DNA of 38,089 nucleotides from Terriglobales bacterium (GTDB lineage Bacteria; Eisenbacteria; RBG-16-71-46). The stretch spans positions 1 through 38,089 of the forward strand of contig DATKKO010000269.1 of the NCBI GenBank assembly GCA_035542955.1. Reading direction: 5' to 3'. The notes under the pieces are model-generated. The model did not search any database. It saw nothing but the letters and a program-made list of their open reading frames with translations, and was not told where the DNA came from. The translations under genes and the position numbers were made by a program. Every line of letters begins with the position of its first letter. Positions within the stretch are counted from its first letter, which is position 1. This document shows, piece after piece, positions 24,653 through 32,608 of this stretch.

Positions 24653-25159
24653 ATGCCGAAACGCCTGCCCTTCCGATTCTGCCCGCGCTGCGCCACGCCG
24701 CTCGAGAAGCTCGACGATCACGGACACACGCGCCTCGCGTGTCCGCTCTGCGGCTGGATCCACTACCGCAATCCCGTGCCCGCCGCGGGCGTGATCCTCG
24801 AGCATCGGGGCCGCGTGCTCCTCGTGCGCCGGAAGTTCGAACCGCGGGCGGGCGCGTGGTGCTTCCCCGCGGGGTTCATGGAGTACGGCGAGACGCCCGA
24901 GCACTGCGCGCTGCGCGAGACGGCCGAGGAGACCGGTCTCGACGCGCGACTCACCGGGCTGTTCGGCGTCTACGCCGGACAGGACGATCCCCGCACGCGC
25001 GCGGTGCTCGTGCTCTACACGGCCGAGCGCGTGGGCGGAAGGCTGAAGCCGGGCGACGACGCGATCGACGCGAAGTGGTTCGCCCCGCGCGGAGTGCCGC
25101 GGGCCATCGCCTTCGCCGCGCACCGGCAGGCGCTCAAGGACTACTTCGGCCGGCACTGA
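24653..25159 (+). CDS. NUDIX hydrolase with an N-terminal zinc ribbon
   Basis: I use the internal ATG. The ribbon is CPRCATPLEK...LACPLCGW. The Nudix box is GFMEYGETPEHCALRETAEETGL (GX5EX7REUXEEXGU). Confidence 0.85.
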   Translation: MPKRLPFRFCPRCATPLEKLDDHGHTRLACPLCGWIHYRNPVPAAGVILEHRGRVLLVRRKFEPRAGAWCFPAGFMEYGETPEHCALRETAEETGLDARLTGLFGVYAGQDDPRTRAVLVLYTAERVGGRLKPGDDAIDAKWFAPRGVPRAIAFAAHRQALKDYFGRH

Positions 25160-25166
25160 TTCCGGG

Positions 25167-25190
25167 GCCCGGCGGACGATCCTGCCGGGC
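25167..25190 (+). terminator. Candidate intrinsic terminator after the NUDIX gene
   Basis: GCCCGGC-ggacgatcct-GCCGGGC (7-bp stem) lies 8 nt after the stop. It is followed by ggccgcgTTTTcc. Confidence 0.4.
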
Positions 25191-25375
25191 GGCCGCGTTT
25201 TCCCGCCCCGCTCGAGGGGCGCTCGGTCCGAGCGCATTCCGCGACTTGCTTCGCGGACCGAGAGCTGCGCGCGCCGCGACGGCTCCGAGGCGCGCTGGCC
25301 CGCTCCTTGCGCATGCGCCCGCGAGGAACCGGCATTCGCAGATCTCGCAACGGCCCTCGGAAGGAGCCGAATTCG

Positions 25376-26695
25376 ATGCTTCGCCGTGTCTTGCTGCTCC
25401 TCCTGCTCGCGGCGCTGGCCGGGGCGGAACCGGCGGGCGCCCAGCTGCTGAGCGCCAGACGCATGGCCATGGGTGGCGTGATTCTGGCCGGGGGAGGCCC
25501 GGGCAGCGACGCCGCCAACGTTGCCTATCGCGGCGTGCCCCCGGCGCCGAACTCCGGGTCGGGGATCACGCTCCCCATCGGCATCATCCCTGTGCTGAGC
25601 GATCCGCCCGAGTTCGACCCCGACAAGCCCGAGTTCAACATCTACGAACTGGCCAACCTGGCGTACAACCCGCCCTGGAACCTCCAGCTCGTCACGCCCG
25701 ATCCGCCCGCGAACGACATCAGCATCGCCGTCGGCAAGGACCATCTCGCGGTGGATCTCGGCGACGTGAAGTCGATCTTCCCCGAGAACCACACGCGCGC
25801 CGGATCGATCCTGAACGGGCCCGCTCCCGGCATCGGCATCCGGCGGTTCTTCGTCGCGGTGGCGCCGCTCGTCTACTACGAGAACGACCTCTCGTTCAGC
25901 GACGAGCTGCAGGCCGCGATCCACGGGGCGGAGTTCACGCCGAACACGAGCTACTCGATGCACGACGAGGCGCACGGCATCGCGGCGGCGGGCGTGCACC
26001 TGGGCTGGGCCGGACCGCTCGTGCGTCACGGCGATCCGCGCCACGGCGGCACGGGCCTCTACGCCGGCGCGCGCGTGAAGCTGATGCGCGGGCTCGCGCT
26101 CGGCGAGGCCGAGAACGGCGTCGCCTTCACCACCGCGGACACGCTGTTCGCGAGCGAGCCGGTCGACGTGCGCTACACGGGCCACTACTTCGACGCCGGG
26201 CCCGACGGCGGACGCTTCGGCCGCGGCTTCGATGTCGGCACGGTGTGGGTCGGCGGCGGCTTCGAGGTCGGGGTCGGCGTGAACGACCTCGGCACGCGCT
26301 TCGACTGGCGCGCGCGCGAGAGCGTGGCCTCCAGCGACACGACCACGGGCGAAACCGTGCAGCAGGTGATCGCGCGCGATCGCGCCTACTCGAACAGCGT
26401 GCCCACGACGATCACCGGCAACGTCGCGGCCCGGCTCGGGCGCTTCCTCGTCGCCGCGGACGTCGTGCGCGGCGTCTGGGCCACGACCGGCCATCTGGGC
26501 GCCGAGACGTGGTTCGGCCCCGTCCCGCTGCGCGGCGGCCTGTACCTCGACGCGAACCGGCTCGTCCAGTACACCGGCGGCTCGGGAATCCGGATCGGCT
26601 CGTTCGGACTCGACCTCGCGCTCGCCACCAACAGCCGCAACCTCTCCCGCGAGCGCGGCCTCGAGCTCGGCGCGGGGCTCACGTTCTACCGCTAG
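25376..26695 (+). CDS. Putative outer-membrane beta-barrel protein (FadL/PorV/TraF-like N-terminal motif)
   Basis: I use the internal ATG preceded by AAGGAG. The signal peptide is MLRRVLLLLLLAALAGAEPAGAQ. The mature N-terminus LLSARRMAMGGVILAGGG...DAANV resembles barrel-plug motifs. The sequence is Gly/aromatic-rich with alternating beta-strand patterns, and the C-terminus is ELGAGLTFYR. Confidence 0.65.
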   Translation: MLRRVLLLLLLAALAGAEPAGAQLLSARRMAMGGVILAGGGPGSDAANVAYRGVPPAPNSGSGITLPIGIIPVLSDPPEFDPDKPEFNIYELANLAYNPPWNLQLVTPDPPANDISIAVGKDHLAVDLGDVKSIFPENHTRAGSILNGPAPGIGIRRFFVAVAPLVYYENDLSFSDELQAAIHGAEFTPNTSYSMHDEAHGIAAAGVHLGWAGPLVRHGDPRHGGTGLYAGARVKLMRGLALGEAENGVAFTTADTLFASEPVDVRYTGHYFDAGPDGGRFGRGFDVGTVWVGGGFEVGVGVNDLGTRFDWRARESVASSDTTTGETVQQVIARDRAYSNSVPTTITGNVAARLGRFLVAADVVRGVWATTGHLGAETWFGPVPLRGGLYLDANRLVQYTGGSGIRIGSFGLDLALATNSRNLSRERGLELGAGLTFYR

Positions 26696-26703
26696 GGGGC
26701 CGT

Positions 26704-27264
26704 ATGCGCATCCGTGCGTGGATCCTCGTCGCCGTGGCCGCGCTGGCCCTCGCCGGTTGCGGCGACCACCGGCTCGTGCTCACCGTGGACGTGCTGAGCT
26801 ACCTCGACGACAGCCAGAGGAACGTCGCGGTCGGCGCTCTGCCCGAGGGCGCGCAGCCCGGGCCCGTGCCGATCATCGACGACCAGACGATCAACCTGAT
26901 CAGCGGGATGGGCGACGTCGCGGAGGTCCAGTCCGTGACGCTGAGGCTCGAAGGGCAGATCACCGCCGCGAGCGGATCGGGTTCGGGCCGGCTGCGGCTC
27001 TACCTGAGCGACGAGCAGACGCCGCCGCTCGCCGCGGTGCCGGTGCTCGACGTGCCCGTTCAGTTCGCGGCGGGCGCGCCGGACACGGTGAGCGCGGAGG
27101 CGGCATGCGCGCCCGACGTCGCGGCGCTGTTCCTGAAGCAGAAGATGCGGATGGCCATGGTCGTCGACAGCGGGATGGTCGCGCCCCCCGGCGCGACCGG
27201 CGTGGCGATGAGCCTGCAGAAGCTCGAGGCGATCGTGGTCGCGGGACGGAAGAAGTCGCTCTAG
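26704..27264 (+). CDS. Hypothetical lipoprotein, 8 nt downstream of the barrel gene
   Basis: I use the internal ATG of ORF 24547..27264. MRIRAWILVAVAALALAGCG has a lipobox. GC3 is high. Confidence 0.7.
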   Translation: MRIRAWILVAVAALALAGCGDHRLVLTVDVLSYLDDSQRNVAVGALPEGAQPGPVPIIDDQTINLISGMGDVAEVQSVTLRLEGQITAASGSGSGRLRLYLSDEQTPPLAAVPVLDVPVQFAAGAPDTVSAEAACAPDVAALFLKQKMRMAMVVDSGMVAPPGATGVAMSLQKLEAIVVAGRKKSL

Positions 27265-27298
27265 GAAGGGATTCGCATCCTCCCGGCCGTCCCGAAAC

Positions 27299-27331
27299 GC
27301 GGCCCGGCACCAAGGAAGGGCGCCGGGCCGC
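27299..27331. terminator. 10-bp GC hairpin between convergent genes (candidate bidirectional terminator)
   Basis: GCGGCCCGGC-N13-GCCGGGCCGC lies between the stop at 27264 (+) and the stop at 27355 (-). It is followed by tgtgtt on the + strand. Confidence 0.5.
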
Positions 27332-27354
27332 TGTGTTCCCGATCCGCGTCCGTT

Positions 27355-27765
27355 TTACGGACGAGCGCCCTCGGACGGCACGCGGTCCCGCGCGTGGCAG
27401 TAAGGCAGGAAGAACTCCCGGAAGACCGCCACCGGCAGGCTCTCCGCCCGCGACTCCAGCCCGTCCCAGTTCGACTGCGCGCGCTCGAGATGGGGACAGG
27501 GCCGATCGGGGCACTCGGCGCAGCTCGCGAGACCTCGCGCGAGACAGCAGCGCCGGGCCGCGCACTCGCGCGAGGTGCAGAAGACGTCCTCGTGCGGGCC
27601 GAGGCAGCCGCCGCAGGGGATCTGATCGGCCGTGAAGCTCAGATCGAAGAGCTCGTGCCAGGCCTGCGCGACGCGCGCGCGCTCGGCCGGGTCGTTCGCC
27701 TCGCGTGCCCGGTAGGCGGGGCACTCGGAGCAGATGACGCCGCAGGCGGACATGTGGATGGACAT
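27355..27765 (-). CDS. DUF3795-like cysteine-rich protein
   Basis: I use the internal ATG (27765). MSIHMSACGVICSECPAYR...IPCGGCLGP...FCTSRECAARRCCLARGLASCAECPDRPCPHL is the typical DUF3795 Cys pattern. Confidence 0.75.
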   Translation of the reverse strand: MSIHMSACGVICSECPAYRAREANDPAERARVAQAWHELFDLSFTADQIPCGGCLGPHEDVFCTSRECAARRCCLARGLASCAECPDRPCPHLERAQSNWDGLESRAESLPVAVFREFFLPYCHARDRVPSEGARP

Positions 27766-27811
27766 GGGCGGCCCCTCGGGCAGGTCGGAATCGGGAGAGT
27801 GCGACACAGTC

Positions 27812-27827
27812 TGGCACTTCGATCGCA
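27812..27827 (+). promoter_or_regulatory. Possible sigma54 -24/-12 element
   Basis: TGGCAC-ttcga-TCGCA has the correct GG/GC spacing and lies about 140 nt upstream of the ATG at 27968. No enhancer-binding protein gene is in the window, and the GC-rich background makes chance matches likely. Confidence 0.2.
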
Positions 27828-27967
27828 CTGTTCGCAACCGGAGTTCTGCGGGGGCGCGTAACGCGGCGACCAGAGGCAGCTCCCCGGCCGCTCGCCTGCT
27901 CGAAGCGGAGCGCTCTCCGGCTCCGATCCGGTCTGCGATCGCCGCCTCTGCTAGTCTTCTCTCTTCC

Positions 27968-29806
27968 ATGGTGACGAGCGCTGTCGCATCGGGACGATCG
28001 CAGGCGAGCGCTGCCGGCGCTTCGCGGCGCCGGGCGCGTGGCGCGTGGATGCCGTGGGTCGTGATCGGCGCGGGGATCCTCGCCTATCTCGGCAGCTTCC
28101 GGGGCGTCTTCCTCTTCGACGACCTCTGGTCGATCGTCCAGAACCCCGCCATCCGCCGGTGGGATTCCGCCTGGGGCAGTCTCGCGGCCAACAGCAACAA
28201 CCGCCCGCTCGTGTGGCTCTCGTTCGCCCTGAACTACGCCATCAGTGGATCGCGACCGTGGTCGTACCACCTCTTCAATCTCGTCGTCCATCTCCTGGCC
28301 GCCCTGACGCTGTTCGCGGTCGTCGCGCGGACGCTGCGCACGCCGAGGTTCCCACGAACGACTCCGGAATCGGCGCACCGATTCGCACTCGTGGTCGCCT
28401 TGCTCTGGACTCTGCATCCGCTCCAGACCGAGAGCGTCACGTACGTGTACCAGCGAGCGGAGTCGATGATGGGCCTGTTCGTTTTGCTCACGCTCTGCGC
28501 CGCGATCCGGGGCGCGGAATCGAAACGGCCGGCACCCTGGCACGCCGCCGCCGTCCTCGCCTGCGCGCTGGGCATGGGCTGCAAGGCCGCGATGATCAGC
28601 GCGCCGATCGTGGTTCTGTTGTACGACCACGTGTTCCTGAGCGGCTCCTTCGCCGCTGTGCTGCGGCGGCGCTGGCCGCTGCACGCCGGACTCTTCGCGA
28701 CCTGGGTGGTGCTCGGCGCGACCGGCGCGGCCGGTCTCGTCCTCCATCCCACCGCCGCGCAGCGGCAGGTCACCACCGTGGGCCTCGGGTACGCGCGCAC
28801 GACTCCGCTCCAGTACGCGCTCACGCAGCCGGGCGTGATCCTCCACTACCTGCGGCTCTCGGTGTGGCCCCACCCACTCTGTCTCGACTACTGGTGGCCG
28901 CTGGCGAAGACGATGCCGTCGATCGTGCTCCCCTCGCTCGTCGTGGCTGCACTGCTCGCCGGGACGATCCTCTCGTTCCGGCGACTGCCGGCGCTCGGCT
29001 TCGCGGGCGCGTGGTTCTTCCTCGTGCTCGCGCCCACGTCGAGCGTCGTGCCGGTGGAGGATCCGGCCTTCGAGCACCGCATGTACCTGCCGCTCGCGGG
29101 CGTGATCGCGCTCCTCGCGGTCGCGGCGGGCGCGCTGCTGCGCCGCGCGGGGGAGAGCCTGCGCTGGTCGCCGGGAGCGCGTCGCGCGGCCGCGGTCGCG
29201 CTGCTGGCGCTCGCGGCCGGAGCGCTCGGCGTCCTCACGATCCTCCGCCAGCGGGACTACCGCAGCGAGGAGATCATGTGGGCGAAGATCGCGGGGCAGC
29301 GCCCCGGGAATCCGCGGGCGCACGACTTCCTCGGCGTTCTCCTCGGAGCCCGCGGCGAAGTGGACGAGGCCATCGCCCAGTTCCGCGAGGCGATCCGGCT
29401 CAAGCCCGACGCCGTCGAGGCCTACGACAACCTCGGCTTCTATCTGGAGCGGCAGGGTCGGTTCGACGAGGCGGTGGCGCAGACGCGCGAGGCGATCCGG
29501 CTCGAGCCCGGTTACGCCGGATCGCACTACAACCTCGGCTGCTTCTTCGCGAGCCGGGGCCGGCTCGAGGAGGCCATCCCGGAGTTCCGCGAAGCCGCCC
29601 GGCTGAAGCCGGACTTCCTCGACGCCCACGCCAACCTGGCTCTCGCTCTCGCCCGCGCCGGCCGTCTGAACGAGGCGATGGCTCCGCTCCGCCGCGCGCT
29701 CGAGCTGGATCCGGGGAACGCTCAGGCGAACCGCGTCCTCGCCTGGGTGCGGCTGCGCATGCGGACGGCCGCGCCGGCGCAGGGGCCGACGCGGCCGTCG
29801 AGGTGA
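27968..29806 (+). CDS. TMTC/PMT-like polytopic membrane protein (putative GT-C glycosyltransferase) with C-terminal TPR repeats, paralog 1
   Basis: I use the internal ATG of ORF 27734..29806; an alternative start is MPWVV at 28046. It has about 10 TM helices. FRGVFLFDDLW follows TM1. It also has LHPLQTESVTYVYQRAESMMGLF and 4-5 TPRs (AIAQFREAIRLKPDAVEAYDNLG...). Confidence 0.85.
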   Translation: MVTSAVASGRSQASAAGASRRRARGAWMPWVVIGAGILAYLGSFRGVFLFDDLWSIVQNPAIRRWDSAWGSLAANSNNRPLVWLSFALNYAISGSRPWSYHLFNLVVHLLAALTLFAVVARTLRTPRFPRTTPESAHRFALVVALLWTLHPLQTESVTYVYQRAESMMGLFVLLTLCAAIRGAESKRPAPWHAAAVLACALGMGCKAAMISAPIVVLLYDHVFLSGSFAAVLRRRWPLHAGLFATWVVLGATGAAGLVLHPTAAQRQVTTVGLGYARTTPLQYALTQPGVILHYLRLSVWPHPLCLDYWWPLAKTMPSIVLPSLVVAALLAGTILSFRRLPALGFAGAWFFLVLAPTSSVVPVEDPAFEHRMYLPLAGVIALLAVAAGALLRRAGESLRWSPGARRAAAVALLALAAGALGVLTILRQRDYRSEEIMWAKIAGQRPGNPRAHDFLGVLLGARGEVDEAIAQFREAIRLKPDAVEAYDNLGFYLERQGRFDEAVAQTREAIRLEPGYAGSHYNLGCFFASRGRLEEAIPEFREAARLKPDFLDAHANLALALARAGRLNEAMAPLRRALELDPGNAQANRVLAWVRLRMRTAAPAQGPTRPSR

Positions 29807-29815
29807 GCGCGATGC

Positions 29816-31177
29816 CTACGCCCAGGCCGTCGCGCCCGCCCGGCGCACCGCCTCCTGCCCGCCGAGCGTCATCGCGATGACCGATCCCGCCATCGTCGCG
29901 CGGTCGAGATCGAACTCGTCGAACGCCTCGCCGTCCCGCTTGTTGCTCAGGTTGAGCACGCCGCAGACGCGGTTGTTGTAGGTGAGCGGTACGCACACGA
30001 ACGAGTCGGAGTTGTACACGTCCTGGTCCGTGTGCGGCGGCGCGTCGCTCTCCTCGCGCACGCGCACGAAGAGCGGCTTGCGATTGTGCGCCACCCAGCC
30101 CGCGATCCCCTGCCCCACGCGCACCCTCACCCGGTTCGCCACCGCCGGATCGATGCCGCGCTGCGCGCCGATGCTCAGCGTCTCGCGCGCCGGGTCGAGC
30201 AGCATCAGGCTGCAGCGCTCCACGTGGAAGTGCTCGCAGAACCACTGGACCAGCGTGCCGGGCAGCGCCGAGGCCTCGTGCTCCTGCGCCACGAGCTGGA
30301 AGACCTCGCGCATGAAGCCCAGCGTGCGCTGCAGCTCGGTGGCCCGCGCGCGGGTCGAGGTCAGCTCCGTGTAAGCGTCGGTCAGGTGCTGGGTCGCCGC
30401 CGCGGACTGTTCCTCGAGCGCGAACAGCGTCCGCTTCACCCGCTCCAGCTCCTGCTTGTACTGGGTCGAGCTCTTGTCGAGCTGCTCGATCTCGGCGGCG
30501 AGCGCCTCGATCTGCTGAGCCTTGCTCTGGTTGTCCGCCTGCAGCGCCTCGCTCTGCGCGTTGAGCCGCTGGATGCGCTCCTGGAAGTCGCTCGCCCCCG
30601 GGAGGACGGTGTCGTCCTCGGGGCGGGCCGATCCCGCGCGGTGGAGGTGCTGCGCGAGCGCGAGCGCCGCCATGCTCTTGATCGGGATCAGGTCGGCGAT
30701 CACCTTGCTGCCGAACGCGTGGCGCTTCTCGCTCACGATCACGAGCAGCGCGAGGATGTCCTCGACGTCCGCCATCGGCAGGCACAGGCACGACTGCCAG
30801 TAGTCCGTGGCCGTGAGCGCAGCCAGGGCCGGGGCCTCGAGCGGGTCGGGCTCGTACGCCGGCGAGACGCCGAAGACCTGGGTGAGCAGCGTGCGCCTGT
30901 CCACGTGATTGAAAAATGCACTGGGGTGGAAGAACTTCCGCACGAGCCGGGCCGGGAGCCGGTCCACCGGCATGTCGATGTCGCGCCGCGTAAGGCGCGG
31001 ACCGCGCCGATGATAGACGCTCACCAGGGAGTCGCGGCTCACCTCGTAGAAGGCGAGCGAGACGCGCCAATCCGAGTGCACCGCCTGTAGATACCCAAGG
31101 AACTCGTAGACTAGGGCCTCGGTGTCCCGGGAGCCGGTCAGGCGGTCCGAGATGTCGCGGAGGTCGAATTTGGACAC
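29816..31177 (-). CDS. GAF - coiled coil - GAF protein with no recognisable output domain
   Basis: I use the GTG start (31177), preceded by GGAGGG, within ORF 29816..31231. A central heptad-rich segment (FQERIQRLNAQSEALQADNQSKAQQIEALAAEIEQLDKSSTQYKQELERVKRTLFALEEQ) is flanked by two GAF-like halves. The C-terminal half reads ERCSLMLLDPARETLSI...GQGIAGWVAHNRKPLFV...SFVCVPL...VCGVLNLSNK. Confidence 0.8.
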   Translation of the reverse strand: MSKFDLRDISDRLTGSRDTEALVYEFLGYLQAVHSDWRVSLAFYEVSRDSLVSVYHRRGPRLTRRDIDMPVDRLPARLVRKFFHPSAFFNHVDRRTLLTQVFGVSPAYEPDPLEAPALAALTATDYWQSCLCLPMADVEDILALLVIVSEKRHAFGSKVIADLIPIKSMAALALAQHLHRAGSARPEDDTVLPGASDFQERIQRLNAQSEALQADNQSKAQQIEALAAEIEQLDKSSTQYKQELERVKRTLFALEEQSAAATQHLTDAYTELTSTRARATELQRTLGFMREVFQLVAQEHEASALPGTLVQWFCEHFHVERCSLMLLDPARETLSIGAQRGIDPAVANRVRVRVGQGIAGWVAHNRKPLFVRVREESDAPPHTDQDVYNSDSFVCVPLTYNNRVCGVLNLSNKRDGEAFDEFDLDRATMAGSVIAMTLGGQEAVRRAGATAWA

Positions 31178-31314
31178 GTGAGGGTCCCTCCATGAGCCTC
31201 GATGCGCGCAGTGGACGCCGGAGGAAGGCAAGGCATGTGCCGCGAGGGTCGTGCTAGATTGGGTGGTCTTCCCCAGCCGGCCGCAGCATCCGTCCGCATC
31301 CGGGAGCGCGTGAG

Positions 31315-32523
31315 ATGCCTCGATTGATCGCCGACCGTCCGATCCTTCGCACCTCGTCCGAGCTCGCGCAGGTCATGGCCTCGGCCGCGGCCCGCGAGGC
31401 GGACGGCCAGCGCATCATCCATCTCGAGCGCGGCGAGCCCGACTTCGAGACGCCTCGCCACATCGTCGAGGCGCTCGCGGCCGCGGCCCGCGAGGGCGCG
31501 ACGCACTACCCCGACCCGTGCGGCGCGCTGCCGCTCCGCGTGGCGCTGGCCGACAAGGTCGCGCGCGCGAACGGCATCCAGTGCCATCCCGAGGACATCG
31601 TGGTGACCGCGGGCGCGACGCAGGGACTCTTCATGGCCTTCTACTCCCTGCTCGCGCCCGGCGACGAGATCCTGCTGTTCTCGCCGTACTGGATGATGGT
31701 GCCGAGGATGATCGGGCTCGTGGAGGGCGCCCGCCCGCGCGCGTTCCCCGTGTATCTCGACCTCATGGAGGGCGCTCTCGCCTCGGGAGACCTGGCCGAT
31801 CGGCTCCGCGCAGCCCTGCGCCCCGAGACGCGGGGCCTCTACCTGAACACGCCCAACAACCCGAGCGGCGCCGTGCTCGCGCGCGAGCACCTCGAGGCGA
31901 TCGCCGCGGTCGCGATCGACCGCGACCTGTGGGTGGTGAGCGACGAGGCGTACGAGCACATCCTGTTCGACGGCGCGCGGCACGTGAGCCTCGCGTCCCT
32001 GCCGGGCATGGCCGAGCGCACGATCAGCGTGTTCTCGTTCTCCAAGTCGTACGCGATGACCGGCTGGCGGATGGGGTACGTGGTCTCGCCGCCGCCGCTG
32101 CGCCCGGTCCTGGGACCGACGCTGGGCGCGCTCACCACGTACGGCGTGTTCCCCGCCGTGCAGAGCGCGGGCCTGGCCGCGCTGCGCGGCCCGCAGCAGC
32201 ACGTCGAGACGATGCGGCGCGCGTACGAGGAGCGGCGCGACGCGCTGCTCGCCGGCCTCGAGGGCCAGACCACGCTCCGCGTGCCGCGCCCGGGCGGCGC
32301 GTTCTACGCGTTCCCGGACGTGTCGGCCGCGCTCGAGGGGCGCACGGACTGGGACCTCGTCCGCGATTGGCTCGAGCTGGGCCTGGCCGTGCTGCCGGGC
32401 TCGGCCTTCGGCCCGCATCCGGATCGCGTGCGCCTCTCGCTGGCGACGCGGCGCGATGACGTGATCGAGGCGGCCCGGCGGCTGCGGGAGCGCTACGCGG
32501 GCGTGAAGCGCCGGCCGCACTGA
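31315..32523 (+). CDS. Class I/II pyridoxal-phosphate-dependent aminotransferase (AspC family)
   Basis: YLNTPNNPSGAV, VVSDEAYEHILFDG and SFSKSYAMTGWRMGY (PLP lysine) are present. The length is 402 aa. Confidence 0.95.
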   Translation: MPRLIADRPILRTSSELAQVMASAAAREADGQRIIHLERGEPDFETPRHIVEALAAAAREGATHYPDPCGALPLRVALADKVARANGIQCHPEDIVVTAGATQGLFMAFYSLLAPGDEILLFSPYWMMVPRMIGLVEGARPRAFPVYLDLMEGALASGDLADRLRAALRPETRGLYLNTPNNPSGAVLAREHLEAIAAVAIDRDLWVVSDEAYEHILFDGARHVSLASLPGMAERTISVFSFSKSYAMTGWRMGYVVSPPPLRPVLGPTLGALTTYGVFPAVQSAGLAALRGPQQHVETMRRAYEERRDALLAGLEGQTTLRVPRPGGAFYAFPDVSAALEGRTDWDLVRDWLELGLAVLPGSAFGPHPDRVRLSLATRRDDVIEAARRLRERYAGVKRRPH

Positions 32524-32590
32524 GGCGCGCGACAACCCGGCGCGGCGCCCCGTGCGCGCGCCCCCGCCGCTCGCCCGCGGCGAAATCGCC

Positions 32591-32596
32591 TATAGT
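32591..32596 (+). promoter_or_regulatory. Candidate -10 box TATAGT only 12 nt upstream of the start codon (possible near-leaderless transcript)
   Basis: cgccTATAGTcaacgacccatcATG has no SD between the box and the ATG at 32609. The same hexamer occurs at 2715. Confidence 0.2.
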
Positions 32597-32608
32597 CAAC
32601 GACCCATC

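Noticed and set aside
23254-24696. The N-terminal 480-aa extension of the 966-aa ORF 21796..24696 would make RlmD twice its normal size.
   Set aside because: The extension is antisense to the well-supported double-PDZ gene. The TRAM domain begins right at the internal ATG (23253), so a normal-length RlmD results.
24305-26494. The 729-aa minus ORF and the 905-aa plus ORF 24547..27264 cover the NUDIX, OMP and lipoprotein region.
   Set aside because: The minus ORF is antisense junk. In the 905-aa plus ORF, only the last 186 codons (from the ATG at 26704, signal peptide plus lipobox) look like a real protein. The remainder is an out-of-frame read-through of the NUDIX and OMP genes.
26960-29629. 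Three long minus-strand ORFs run through the glycosyltransferase region: the 889-aa ORF 26960..29629, the 968-aa ORF 32132..35038 and the 988-aa ORF 35048..38014.
   Set aside because: They are antisense to the TMTC-like and GT9 genes. They have Arg/Glu/Asp/Gly-dominated low-complexity translations with no TM or TPR periodicity. The plus-strand frames have clear hydrophobic helices, TPR repeats and high GC3.
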